Assembly: GCA_964442285.1 (NCBI GenBank)
Contig: CAYTZH010000005.1
Location: 9,563-73,562, forward strand
DNA length: 64,000 bases
Reading direction: 5' to 3'
From: an uncultured Spirochaetales bacterium
GTDB lineage: Bacteria > Myxococcota_A > UBA9160 > JAFDET01
Positions within the stretch are counted from its first letter, which is position 1; every line of letters begins with the position of its first letter. This document shows, piece after piece, positions 25,609 to 34,999 of this stretch. The position numbers were made by a program, and so were the translations under genes. Below the pieces are notes generated by a model that saw nothing but the letters and a program-made list of their open reading frames with translations, ran no database searches and had not been told where the DNA came from.

Positions 25609-26695
25609 GCCGTCGTCCCCCGGCGTCTTTGCGCCCGAGTCGTCGTCGCCGGCCGCGCGGGGCTACCGCTGGCCGGCCGAGTGGGAGCCCCACGCCGCCA
25701 CCTGGCTCACCTGGCCCCACAACCCCGACACCTGGCCGGCGCCCCATCGCGCCGGCGCCGAGCGGGCCTTCGTGGAGATGGTGCGCGCGCTCCAGGGCCG
25801 CGAGACGGTCTGCGTCCTGGTCGCCGACGAGCCCCGCGAGGCCGCGGTCCGCGCGCGCCTGCGCGCCGAGGGCGTGGACCCGGACGCGGGCGTCCGCTTC
25901 CACGCCATCCCCACCGACGACGGCTGGATGCGCGACTGCGGCCCGATCTTCGTCTGCCGCGAGCGGGAGCCCCGGCTGCTGGCGCTGGACTTCCCCTTCG
26001 ATGCCTGGGGCGGCAAGTATCCGCCCTGGGACCGCGACGCGGCCGTGCCCGGCGCCGTCGCCGCCGCCCTCGGACTGCCGCGGGCGCGCGCGGCCCTGGT
26101 GCTCGAGGGCGGAGCCATCGACGGCGACGGCGAGGGCAGCGTGCTCACCACCGAGTCGTGCCTGCTCCATCCCAACCGGGGCCCCGGACGCACCCGGGAG
26201 GCCCTCGAGGCGCTGCTGGCGGAGTCCCTGGGCGCGCGGGCCGTCCTCTGGCTCGGCGACGGAATCGCCGGAGACGACACCGACGGCCACGTGGACGACT
26301 TCGCCCGCTTCGTGGCGCCGGGGGTCGTGGTGGCCGCCTCGGAGCCCGACCCCGGCGACGCCAACCACGCCCCGCTGGCGGAGAACCTCCGGCGCCTGCG
26401 GTCCCTGCGGGACGCGCGGGGTCGCCGGCTGACGGTGGTCGAGCTGCCCATGCCCGCGCCGCGGTTCGCGGACGGCCGCCGACTGCCCGCCAGCCACGCC
26501 AACTTCTACCTGGCCAATGCCGTCGTCTTGCTGCCGACGTTCGGGGGGCCCAGCGACGCCCGGGCCGCCGCGGTTCTGCGGGAGCTGCTCCCGGACCGGG
26601 CGGTGGTCCCCATCCGCTGCGAGAACCTGGTGGTCGGCCTCGGGGCGCTGCACTGCGTCACCCAGCAGCAGCCCGCCGGCCCGGCTCCCGCCTGA
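25601..26695 (+). CDS. aguA: Agmatine deiminase family protein
   Basis: PAEWEPH, WMRDCGP, LEGGAID, DDTDGHVD, GALHCVTQQQP. Confidence 0.95.
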   Translation: MTEPSSPGVFAPESSSPAARGYRWPAEWEPHAATWLTWPHNPDTWPAPHRAGAERAFVEMVRALQGRETVCVLVADEPREAAVRARLRAEGVDPDAGVRFHAIPTDDGWMRDCGPIFVCREREPRLLALDFPFDAWGGKYPPWDRDAAVPGAVAAALGLPRARAALVLEGGAIDGDGEGSVLTTESCLLHPNRGPGRTREALEALLAESLGARAVLWLGDGIAGDDTDGHVDDFARFVAPGVVVAASEPDPGDANHAPLAENLRRLRSLRDARGRRLTVVELPMPAPRFADGRRLPASHANFYLANAVVLLPTFGGPSDARAAAVLRELLPDRAVVPIRCENLVVGLGALHCVTQQQPAGPAPA

Positions 26696-26742
26696 TCCGG
26701 GTCCGACCGGTGTGGAATCCCACCCGCGGACTACTGAACGGG

Positions 26743-26751
26743 TGGTAGAAT
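26743..26751 (+). promoter_or_regulatory. Extended -10 promoter TGgTAGAAT
   Basis: Near-consensus TGnTAnnnT about 40 nt upstream of ATG 26791. Confidence 0.55.
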
Positions 26752-26790
26752 GCGCCGTCCCTGGCCCCTGAGCTCGAACGAGGATCTCCC

Positions 26791-29304
26791 ATGCTTCCCG
26801 CCTCCCCGCCCTCTCCCACTCCCTTCGCCCAGCGCCGGCCGCGCCGCCTGGGCGTGACCCTGCTCTGCTGCCTGCTCGCCGGCAGCCTGGCCTTGGACTG
26901 CGAGGAGGAGGCGGACTTCTTCGGGTTCACGCTGCCCATCGCCGAGCAGCTCTCCCTCGCCGGCGACGTGCCGGTGCAACTGGGCCTTCCGCTGGGATCG
27001 GACCCGGGAAGCCTCCGGGTCGAGCTCGACGGCGTCGACGTGACCGCGGCCTTCAGCGTCGTCGAGCGCAAGGCGGCGGCGACGCTGCCCGGCGTCGGCC
27101 CCGGCGTCCACGAGCTGCTGGCCAGCGTCGATCCGCCGCCGGGCAGCCTGGCCCTCTCGCAGGTGGCGGACGTGCGCTTCGAGACCGTCGAGCTCGAGGA
27201 CCCGGACGCCTGCGAGGTGCTGAACCAGGCCCACTGCCTGCTGCCCTACCCCTCGTCGCGCTTCCTGGAGACCGAGCAGGAGACGCCCACCGGTCGGCGG
27301 ATCGCCTTTCCCCCGGATGGGATGCCGAGCCAGCTGGTCATCAGCCGCGGGCAGCGCGAGAAGCTGCCGGTGGCGCCCTTCGCCGAGCGCGACGGCTTCG
27401 CGCCCACCGCCCACGTGCTGGTGAGCTTCCCCCAGGGTGTCGATCTCGAGGCCTCGGGGGCGGCGCGCCTGCTGCCCGACACCCGCTCGACGGACCTCAC
27501 CTCGCTCTCGGATGCGAGCCCCACGCTCCTGATCGATGCCGAGACCGGCGAGCGCATCCTGCACTGGCTCGAGAACGACGCCCGACCCCCGGCGGATCCG
27601 TCCCGGGCGCTCCTCTTCCTGCGGCCGGCCCGGGCGCTGAAGGACGACGGCCACTACATCGTGGCCTTCCGCAACCTGATCGCGCCCGACGGCCAGCCCG
27701 TCGAGGCCGAGCCGGCCTTCGCCGCCCTCCGCGACCGCCGCGCGACCGACATTCCCGCCATCCAGGAGCGCCGCGGACGCATGGAGTGGATCCTGGGCCT
27801 GCTCGAGGAGAACGGCGTGGAGCGCAGCGAGCTGGTGCTGGCGTTCGAGTTCCACACGGCGAGCGCGGAGAACCTGACGGGCCAGATGGTCTCCATGCGC
27901 GACCAGGCCTTCCGCTGGCTGGCCGCGCAGGAGGAGCAGACCTTCAGCGTCCAGAGCAGCGAGGAGTTCGACTGCACGCAGCCGGACCAGTTCGTCTGGA
28001 AGAACGTGCGCGGCACCTACCAGGTGCCGCTCTTCCTCACCGCGGATCCGGAGACCGATCCCCTCTCGGCGGGAGTGCTCCGGACCGACGCCGAGGACGG
28101 CTTCACCCCCGTCTGGAGCGAGCTCACGAACCCGGAGTTCGGGATCACCATCCCGTGCGACGCCCTGGATCCCGCCAACACCAACGTGCACCCGCTGGTC
28201 GTCGGCCACGGGCTCTTCGGCAACGGGCCCTCCTCGGCCATCAGCATCGGCTCCCTGGTGGGCGAGGCCGCCGAGGAGTTCGGCCTGGGGGCGAGCCGCT
28301 TCATCGGCGGGGGCACCCACTGGCGCGGCCTCTCCCGCCCGGACTTCGCGGATCCCACCTCGGGGATGCCCAGCTTCATCGTGAACACGATCGCGTTCGA
28401 GCTCGCCAACTTCCCCGCGCTGGCCGCCCGCCTGCGCCAGGGACAGCTGAACCAGCTCGTCCTCGGGACCATGATGAAGCAGGGCCTGTTCAACCGGGAC
28501 CCCGCCTTCCAGGCGCCCGCGGGCCACGGCGTCTTCCCGGCCGATCGCGAGATGTACTACGTGGGCATCAGCCTCGGCGGCATCATGGGTCTCATGCACG
28601 TGGCCCTCTCGCCGGACCTGGCGGCGGCCAACCTGGACGTGGGCTCCTTCGGCTTCTTCTTCCTGCTCCAGCGCGCCACGCCCTTCCAGATCTTCCAGAC
28701 GCTCCTCGATCTCACGGTGGACACGGATCCCACCGTCCAGGGCCTGGGGCTCTCGCTGCTCGGGGAGGTCTGGCAGCTGGGCGAATCGGCGGCGTTCGCC
28801 AACCACATCCACGGCCCGGGCCGGCTGCCCGACACCGGCGACCCCAAGCTGCTCGTGAGCATGGCCTGGCTCGACCAGCAGGTGACCAACCAGGGCACCG
28901 AGATCACGGCCCGGACCCTGGGTCTGCCCTCGCTCGAGGGCTCGTTCCTCCCGGGGCTGCCGGAGATCCCGGACGTGCCCGGTCCGCTGGACTCGGCCTT
29001 CGTCGTCTACTCGACAGGCACCCTGGACCCGACGGACCCGGCCCAGGCCGCCATCATCCCGCCCCTGGCCAACCTCTCGTCGCAGATCAACCGCTGCGAC
29101 CCCCACGGCCAGCGCGTCCAGATCCCCGCCTCGCTGCTCCAGCTCCAGGAGCTCTTCCAGCCGGGCGGCCGGATCCTGAACTTCTGCGACGGGACCTGCG
29201 ACGCGGATCCGGGGGCGGTGGCCACGGGGCCGGCGGGCAATGTCTTCGCCCTCGAGCGACCCGGCGGCAGCTTCGAGCCGTGTGATCCCTTCCCCGCGCC
29301 CTAG
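26791..29304 (+). CDS. Secreted/lipoprotein alpha/beta-hydrolase (lipase-like) with Ig-like N-terminal region
   Basis: Signal-like N-terminus; GHGLFG oxyanion-like motif; YVGISLGG nucleophile elbow; D(QQV) and CDPH candidate triad residues. Confidence 0.72.
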   Translation: MLPASPPSPTPFAQRRPRRLGVTLLCCLLAGSLALDCEEEADFFGFTLPIAEQLSLAGDVPVQLGLPLGSDPGSLRVELDGVDVTAAFSVVERKAAATLPGVGPGVHELLASVDPPPGSLALSQVADVRFETVELEDPDACEVLNQAHCLLPYPSSRFLETEQETPTGRRIAFPPDGMPSQLVISRGQREKLPVAPFAERDGFAPTAHVLVSFPQGVDLEASGAARLLPDTRSTDLTSLSDASPTLLIDAETGERILHWLENDARPPADPSRALLFLRPARALKDDGHYIVAFRNLIAPDGQPVEAEPAFAALRDRRATDIPAIQERRGRMEWILGLLEENGVERSELVLAFEFHTASAENLTGQMVSMRDQAFRWLAAQEEQTFSVQSSEEFDCTQPDQFVWKNVRGTYQVPLFLTADPETDPLSAGVLRTDAEDGFTPVWSELTNPEFGITIPCDALDPANTNVHPLVVGHGLFGNGPSSAISIGSLVGEAAEEFGLGASRFIGGGTHWRGLSRPDFADPTSGMPSFIVNTIAFELANFPALAARLRQGQLNQLVLGTMMKQGLFNRDPAFQAPAGHGVFPADREMYYVGISLGGIMGLMHVALSPDLAAANLDVGSFGFFFLLQRATPFQIFQTLLDLTVDTDPTVQGLGLSLLGEVWQLGESAAFANHIHGPGRLPDTGDPKLLVSMAWLDQQVTNQGTEITARTLGLPSLEGSFLPGLPEIPDVPGPLDSAFVVYSTGTLDPTDPAQAAIIPPLANLSSQINRCDPHGQRVQIPASLLQLQELFQPGGRILNFCDGTCDADPGAVATGPAGNVFALERPGGSFEPCDPFPAP

Positions 29305-29410
29305 TCCGGGTCCGCCAGCGGACAGGCGGCGGGAGTCGGAGCGGCCTTCGCCGCCTGCCCGTCCGACGCCGATTTGCTAATCCCTACGGCGCGTCCCCGA
29401 AGGAGAGAGC

Positions 29411-31132
29411 GTGGAAGTCATCCAGCACGACGTCCTCGTCGTCGGCGGCGGGGCGGCGGGAATCCGGGCCGCGATCGCGGCGGTCGAGGCCGACCCCAAC
29501 ATCTCCGTCGCCATGATCTCGAAGGTCTACCCCATGCGCAGCCACACCGTGTCCGCCGAGGGCGGGGCGGCGGCGGTCGCCCGGGACGACGACAACCTCG
29601 AGATGCACGGCTACGACACCGTCAAGGGCTCCGATTTCCTCGGCGACCAGCACGTGATCCAGTTCTTCGTGGAGGACGCTCCCAAGGAGCTCATCCGCAT
29701 GGACCACTGGGGCTGTCCCTGGAGCCGCAACGACGACGGCACCGTCGCCACCCGCGCCTTCGGCGGCATGACCACCAAGCGCACCTGGTTCGCGGCCGAC
29801 AAGGTCGGCTTCCACATGCTCCACACGCTGTTCCAGACCTCCATGAAGTACGACCGCATCGTCCGCTACGACGAGCAGTTCGTGTCGAAGCTGCTGGTGC
29901 AGGACGGCGCGGTCCGCGGCGTGGTGTCCCTGGACGTGCGCGACGGGATCGTGCGGGTCTTCCAGGGTCGGGCGGTGATCCTGGCGACCGGCGGCGCCGG
30001 CCAGGTCTTCCCCTTCACGACCAACGGCAACATCAAGACCGGCGACGGCATGGCGCTCGCCTACCGCATCGGTGTGCCGCTGAAGGACCAGGAGTTCGTC
30101 CAGTACCACCCCACCGGCCTGCCCCGCACCGGCATCCTGATCACCGAGGCCGCGCGGGGCGAGGGCGGTCACCTCAAGAACAGCCAGGGCGAGCGCTTCC
30201 TGGTGGAGTACGACTACGGCGTCGGCACCAAGGCGGAGCTCGGCCCCCGGGACATGATCTCGCGCGCCATCGTCCAGGAGATCCAGGCGGGGCGAGGCAT
30301 CAAGGGCAACTACGGCGAATTCGTGCACCTGGACCTCACCCACCTGGGCGAGGCCAAGATCAACAAGCGGCTGCCCTTCGTGCGCGAGCTGGCGAAGACC
30401 TACATCGGTGTCGACCCGGTGCACGAGCCCATCCCGATCCGCCCGGTGGTGCACTACATGATGGGCGGCGTCGACACGAACATCGACGGCGCGACCGACG
30501 TGCCGGGGCTCTACGCCGCCGGCGAGGTAGCGTGCGTGTCGCTCAACGGCGCCAACCGCTTGGGCTCCAATTCGCTCACCGAGTGCCTGGTGTTCGGCGC
30601 GCGCGCGGGCCGCTGCGCGGTGGCCTTCGTCCGCGGTGCGTCCGCCGGCGACGAGGCCGACCTGCGGCGCCAGGCCGAGGAGGAGGCGGCGCGCATCGAC
30701 GCCCTCCGCGGCCGGCGCGGCAACGGCGAGAAGCTCTCGTCCCTGCGGGCCGAGATGAAGAACGCCATGGAGGAGGGCTGCGGCGTCTACCGCGAGGGTC
30801 CCTCCATGGAAGCGGCCTGTGCCACCCTCCAGGAGCTGAAGAGCCGCTTCGCCGACGTGGGCCTCGACGACAACAGCAAGGTGTTCAACACCGAGATCAT
30901 CGCCGCCCTCGAGCTCGAGAACATGCTCGAGGTGGCCCAGACCGTGGCCGAGTCGGCGGCCCAGCGCGCCGAGTCCCGCGGTGCCCACACCCGCAAGGAC
31001 AACCCCACCCGCGACGACGCCAACTGGCTGCACCACACGCTCTGCCATCGGGATCCGGCCGGCGGCCGTCCGCGCATCGACAAGAAGCCCGTCACCCTGG
31101 GCGTCTGGCAGCCGGAGGAGCGGAAGTACTGA
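29411..31132 (+). CDS. frdA: Fumarate reductase flavoprotein subunit
   Basis: GGGAAG, RSHTVSAEGG (covalent FAD His), QYHPTG, HYMMGG, GANRLGSNSL, ESRGAH. Confidence 0.95.
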   Translation: MEVIQHDVLVVGGGAAGIRAAIAAVEADPNISVAMISKVYPMRSHTVSAEGGAAAVARDDDNLEMHGYDTVKGSDFLGDQHVIQFFVEDAPKELIRMDHWGCPWSRNDDGTVATRAFGGMTTKRTWFAADKVGFHMLHTLFQTSMKYDRIVRYDEQFVSKLLVQDGAVRGVVSLDVRDGIVRVFQGRAVILATGGAGQVFPFTTNGNIKTGDGMALAYRIGVPLKDQEFVQYHPTGLPRTGILITEAARGEGGHLKNSQGERFLVEYDYGVGTKAELGPRDMISRAIVQEIQAGRGIKGNYGEFVHLDLTHLGEAKINKRLPFVRELAKTYIGVDPVHEPIPIRPVVHYMMGGVDTNIDGATDVPGLYAAGEVACVSLNGANRLGSNSLTECLVFGARAGRCAVAFVRGASAGDEADLRRQAEEEAARIDALRGRRGNGEKLSSLRAEMKNAMEEGCGVYREGPSMEAACATLQELKSRFADVGLDDNSKVFNTEIIAALELENMLEVAQTVAESAAQRAESRGAHTRKDNPTRDDANWLHHTLCHRDPAGGRPRIDKKPVTLGVWQPEERKY

Positions 31133-31881
31133 TGAGCGAGGGCCTGCAGAAGAAGACGTTCGTCGTGACCCGGTTCGATCCGGACGTCGACGAAGTGCCC
31201 AAGACCCAGAGCTACGAGATCCCGGTCCGTCCCGACTGGAAGGTGCTCGACGCGCTGAACTACATCAAGGACGAGGTGGATCCCACCCTCTCCCACCGCT
31301 GGTCGTGCCGCATGGCCGTCTGCGGCAGCTGCGGGATGATGGTGGACGGGGAGCCCAAGCTCACCTGCAAGGACAGCCTCGACAACTACGGCGACACCGT
31401 CGAGGTGGCGCCGCTCGCCAACTTCCCGGTGGTGCGCGACCTGGTGGTGGAGCTCGAGGGCTTCATGGAGCGCTTCCAGGCGGTGAAGCCCTGGATCGTG
31501 CGCGCCAAGGAGCGCGCGGTGGAGGAGGGCACCCACCGGCAGTCGCCCCAGGAGCTCGAGGACTTCCGGCAGTTCAGCATGTGCATCAACTGCATGCTCT
31601 GCTACTCGGCGTGCCCGGTGGTGGGCAACGATCCCCACTTCCTGGGGCCGGCCGCCATCGCCCTCGGCCACCGCTACAACCTGGACACCCGCGACGAGGG
31701 CGCCGACGAGCGCAACCGGGTGTTCCTCGAAGAGGGCGGAGTCTTCTCCTGCTCCTACGCCAACGAGTGCAGCGAGGTCTGCCCGAAGAACGTGGATCCC
31801 GCGGCGGCGGTCCAGCAGTCCAAGGCGCTCTCGCTCGTCGAGTGGGCGAAGGGGCTGGTGCTCCCGCGAGGAGGCGAGTAG
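31132..31881 (+). CDS. frdB: Fumarate reductase iron-sulfur subunit
   Basis: CRMAVCGSC..C, CINCMLCYSACP, CSYANECSEVCP. Confidence 0.95.
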   Translation: MSEGLQKKTFVVTRFDPDVDEVPKTQSYEIPVRPDWKVLDALNYIKDEVDPTLSHRWSCRMAVCGSCGMMVDGEPKLTCKDSLDNYGDTVEVAPLANFPVVRDLVVELEGFMERFQAVKPWIVRAKERAVEEGTHRQSPQELEDFRQFSMCINCMLCYSACPVVGNDPHFLGPAAIALGHRYNLDTRDEGADERNRVFLEEGGVFSCSYANECSEVCPKNVDPAAAVQQSKALSLVEWAKGLVLPRGGE

Positions 31882-32324
31882 TGGCGCGCACGGCCCATCC
31901 GCAGTCCATGCAGCCGTCGACGCCGGGTCGCACGCGCACGGCGGCGGCGCGCATGCCCCACAAGTTCCCCTCGGCTGGACGCTACCTGTCCTACACCCTG
32001 TTCGGCGTCACCTCCTTCTTCTACCTGGCCGTGAGCCTGATGGTGCTGCGGGCGGCCTGGGCGCTGGGCGACGGCCGGGCGGCCTGGGAGGCGATGCTCG
32101 CGGACTTCGCCAACCCGATCTACCTGGGCTTCCACGCCCTGACGCTGCTGGTGTTCGTCTGGGCCGGCTGGCGCTTCCTGATCGTGCTGGCCGCCAAGGC
32201 CAACCCGCCGAAGATCGGGCCCCTGCGGCGGCCGCCCCTGGCGGTCTTCCCGCCGCTGTTCGGCGCGCTCTGGCTGGGCGCCACGGTCGTCGCCGTGGTC
32301 GTGCTCTGGGGGATCTTCCCGTGA
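31881..32324 (+). CDS. frdC: Fumarate reductase membrane anchor subunit C-like
   Basis: Three hydrophobic helices; position after frdB. Confidence 0.75.
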   Translation: MARTAHPQSMQPSTPGRTRTAAARMPHKFPSAGRYLSYTLFGVTSFFYLAVSLMVLRAAWALGDGRAAWEAMLADFANPIYLGFHALTLLVFVWAGWRFLIVLAAKANPPKIGPLRRPPLAVFPPLFGALWLGATVVAVVVLWGIFP

Positions 32325-32674
32325 AGGGCTTCGTCGCGCGCATCGAGCCGGGAATCTGGATGCTCTTCGGTGCCGGCTTCTTCGTCGGCTCGCTGCTCGT
32401 CCCGGCCTGGCTGCTGGTGGTGGGGGTCGCGGCGCCGCTCGGCTGGACCGACGGCCTGGCCTGGGAGCGGGCCTACGCGCTGGCCTCGAATCCCCTGGGA
32501 CGGCTGGTGATCCTGGCGCTGATCGTGTTCCCGCTCTGGAACGCCGCCAACCACCTGCGCCACTTCCTGATCGACCTGGGCGGCTACGATCGCGACGGCG
32601 CCATGGCGCCGCTGATCTACGCCGCCGCCGCCGTCCTGTCGGTCGTGGCCGTCGTGGCCGTCGTCCGCATCTAG
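32321..32674 (+). CDS. frdD: Fumarate reductase membrane anchor subunit D
   Basis: EPGIWMLFGAG and PLWNAANHLRHFLIDL, resembling FrdD; three TM helices. Confidence 0.85.
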   Translation: MKGFVARIEPGIWMLFGAGFFVGSLLVPAWLLVVGVAAPLGWTDGLAWERAYALASNPLGRLVILALIVFPLWNAANHLRHFLIDLGGYDRDGAMAPLIYAAAAVLSVVAVVAVVRI

Positions 32675-33618
32675 CGGATGATGATCGAGGGCTGCTGGGG
32701 CGGGCTCGTCGGGCCGCCGCCGCTGCCGAGGCAGCCGATCCGCTTCTCGGACACCACCAGGTGGTCGCGATAGCGGACGTTCTGCTGGGGGGAGCCCCCG
32801 TTCCAGTAGTTCTCGAGGGTGATGGCGTTGAAGCCGTAGTCACCCCAGGTCTCGACCCAGTTCAGCCCCTGGAGCCGGGCCTGGGCCTGGCCGTCCACCC
32901 AGAACTCGAACTCGCCGTCGCTCTGGCCCGGCGTGTTGAGCTTGGCGCGGGCCTCGATGCAGAACCAGCGGTCCACGCTCTGGGGTCCGAAGATCGAGGT
33001 GCTCCCCTGGGTGCTGCCGGTCCAGCCCGCGTCGATGGCGTTGTTGCCCCCCAGCCAGCGCAGGTTGGCGAAGTCGTTGTACTGGGTGGTGGCGAGCTTG
33101 CCATCGTTGCCGATGCCGCTCACGGGGTCGAGCACCAGGTGCGACTTTCCCCCCGGCCAGAGGTGGGCGAGGGCCGCCTGGGCCCAGCTCCCGCTGGCAA
33201 AGACGTAGATCGACGAGAGCTTGTAGGGGTTGCCGCTCCAGCCGGGCCCCGTGCGGATGTACTCGCGCCAGTAGATCTCGCGGAACTGCCGGCCCGCGTG
33301 GCTCTGGGGCGGGTAGAAGCCGGGGGGCGTCGTTCCGAAGGTCCGGGTCATCCAGCCGGCCCCCACCTGGCCCGACTTGTAGGTCACCCGCATGGCATGG
33401 CCGCCGCCGACGCCCTCGCCGGCCACGCGGACGAAGCTGCCGCCGGCCTGGTTGTGCTCCACCCAGCGGGAGGAGACCGGCGACGGGTCCTCGTAGTCCT
33501 CGCAGAACAGGACCGCCGGGTCGGGCGAGGGGCCCCCCGGGCAGCCCGGCTCCGCTGCGGTCGCCGGCGGGCCGGCGAACAGGACACTCAGGGCGACGAG
33601 GGCAGTCCGGAATCTCAT
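32671..33618 (-). CDS. Secreted protein, polysaccharide-lyase/concanavalin-like beta-sandwich, with Gly/Pro C-terminal tail
   Basis: GGAGG RBS; signal peptide; FCEDYE, IYWREY, RWFCIEA, NTPGQSDGEFEFWVDG, YRDHLVVS; ends GGGPTSPPQQPSIIIR. Confidence 0.8.
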   Translation of the reverse strand: MRFRTALVALSVLFAGPPATAAEPGCPGGPSPDPAVLFCEDYEDPSPVSSRWVEHNQAGGSFVRVAGEGVGGGHAMRVTYKSGQVGAGWMTRTFGTTPPGFYPPQSHAGRQFREIYWREYIRTGPGWSGNPYKLSSIYVFASGSWAQAALAHLWPGGKSHLVLDPVSGIGNDGKLATTQYNDFANLRWLGGNNAIDAGWTGSTQGSTSIFGPQSVDRWFCIEARAKLNTPGQSDGEFEFWVDGQAQARLQGLNWVETWGDYGFNAITLENYWNGGSPQQNVRYRDHLVVSEKRIGCLGSGGGPTSPPQQPSIIIR

Positions 33619-33638
33619 GGCGACCTCCTCCGGGGCTC

Positions 33639-33679
33639 CTATCGGCTGGAACCCGGTCCTGGCTGTAAGCGCGATCACG
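33639..33679 (-). promoter_or_regulatory. CRP-like box (CGTGA-N6-TTACA, 33664-33679) plus sigma28-like -10 GCCGATAG (33639-33646)
   Basis: 8/10 match to TGTGA-N6-TCACA, in about the class II position relative to the -10. Confidence 0.5.
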
Positions 33680-34910
33680 TTTTCCGACCCCGATCCAGGG
33701 CCTCGGCGTAGGCGGCCTCGAGCTGCCGGCCCACCACGGGCCAGGCGAAGCGCTCCGCCACGAAGGCCCGGCCCCGGGCCGCCAGGGCCGCCGCGGTCCC
33801 CGGATCGTCGCCGAGCCGCCGGATCTGGCGGACGAACTCGGCCGGGGTCTCGGCGGCCAGGTAGTGGGCCTCCTCCGCCAGCTCGAGCCCCTCCACCGCG
33901 AGCCGGGTGGCGACCAGGGGGCGGCCGGCCGCCAGCGCATCGAGGACCTTGAGCCGGGTCCCGCCGCCGTCCCGGATGGGACAGACGTAGACGGCGGCCC
34001 GGTGCAGGTGCGGACGCACGTCGTCGACGAAGCCCGGCGCGGAGATCCGGCGGTCCCGCTCGGCGGCCGCCAGCAGCTCCGGCGCCGGATCCGCGCCGAC
34101 GACCTCGAGATCCCAGCCCGGGTCGGCCGCGGCGAGGGCCGGCCAGATTTCCGCCACCAGGAAGCGCACGGCCTCGCGGTTCGGGTACCAGCTCATGCCC
34201 CCGGCGAAGATCAGCCGCCGGGCGGGGGGGGCGGCGGATGCGGGCGGGCGGAAGAAGTCGAGATCGACGCCGTTGGGCACGACGGCCAGGGCCACGTCGC
34301 CCACCGCCGCGCGCAGGCGGTCGCCGTCGAGGGAGGAGACCACCAGGTTCGCGGCGGCCGCGGGGCAGGCCCGGGCCTCCAGCCGCGCCAGCTTGCGGGC
34401 CTCCAGGGCGAACACGCCGCGCAGGGGTGAGCGGCCGGCGGTGGCGGCCCGGCGGGCCATCATGTGGGACTCCACGTTGTGATGGTTCAGGGCGATCGGC
34501 ACGCCGCGGAAGGCCGCGGCGTAGGGGTGCAGGCCGAGGGTGTCCACGTGGACCAGATCGAAGTCGCCCCCGGCGGCGAGCGCGCGGGCCCGGTCGGCGA
34601 AGGCGCGGCTGCGCAGCCAGTTGACATCGTAGGGCGTGGAGCGCAGCAGCCCGCGGGCCACCATCGAGGCCCAGCGCCAGCGCGAGGCGTCGGCGGGGAT
34701 GGGGTGGACCTCCACCGATGCGCAGAACGTGCGCAGCTCCGCGCGGGCGGCCTCGACGTCGTCGGGCGTCGGCAGCACGGCGCGCTGGTTGAGGGCCAGC
34801 AGCTGGACCTCGTGGCGCGCGGCGGCCTCCCGCAGGAGGTGGTAGGACCGCTGCAGCACGCCCCCGCGCGGCGGCCACGGCACCAGGTGCGAGAGCCACA
34901 GAAGCCGCAT
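33675..34910 (-). CDS. Glycosyltransferase family 4
   Basis: PWPPRGG, HHNVES, VPNGVD, GGTRLKVLDALAAG. Confidence 0.93.
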   Translation of the reverse strand: MRLLWLSHLVPWPPRGGVLQRSYHLLREAAARHEVQLLALNQRAVLPTPDDVEAARAELRTFCASVEVHPIPADASRWRWASMVARGLLRSTPYDVNWLRSRAFADRARALAAGGDFDLVHVDTLGLHPYAAAFRGVPIALNHHNVESHMMARRAATAGRSPLRGVFALEARKLARLEARACPAAAANLVVSSLDGDRLRAAVGDVALAVVPNGVDLDFFRPPASAAPPARRLIFAGGMSWYPNREAVRFLVAEIWPALAAADPGWDLEVVGADPAPELLAAAERDRRISAPGFVDDVRPHLHRAAVYVCPIRDGGGTRLKVLDALAAGRPLVATRLAVEGLELAEEAHYLAAETPAEFVRQIRRLGDDPGTAAALAARGRAFVAERFAWPVVGRQLEAAYAEALDRGRKT

Positions 34911-34999
34911 GGCGGCGAAGCCTACCGCAGGCCGGGGCGTTCGCGGCCTTGTCCCGGGCAGGCGCGCTGGGTACGCTCCTCCCCTCCCCGGAGGCTTTC

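Noticed and set aside
29319-29365. GC-rich hairpin after the lipase-like gene as an intrinsic terminator
   Set aside because: No U-tract and a large loop; cannot be supported as a terminator
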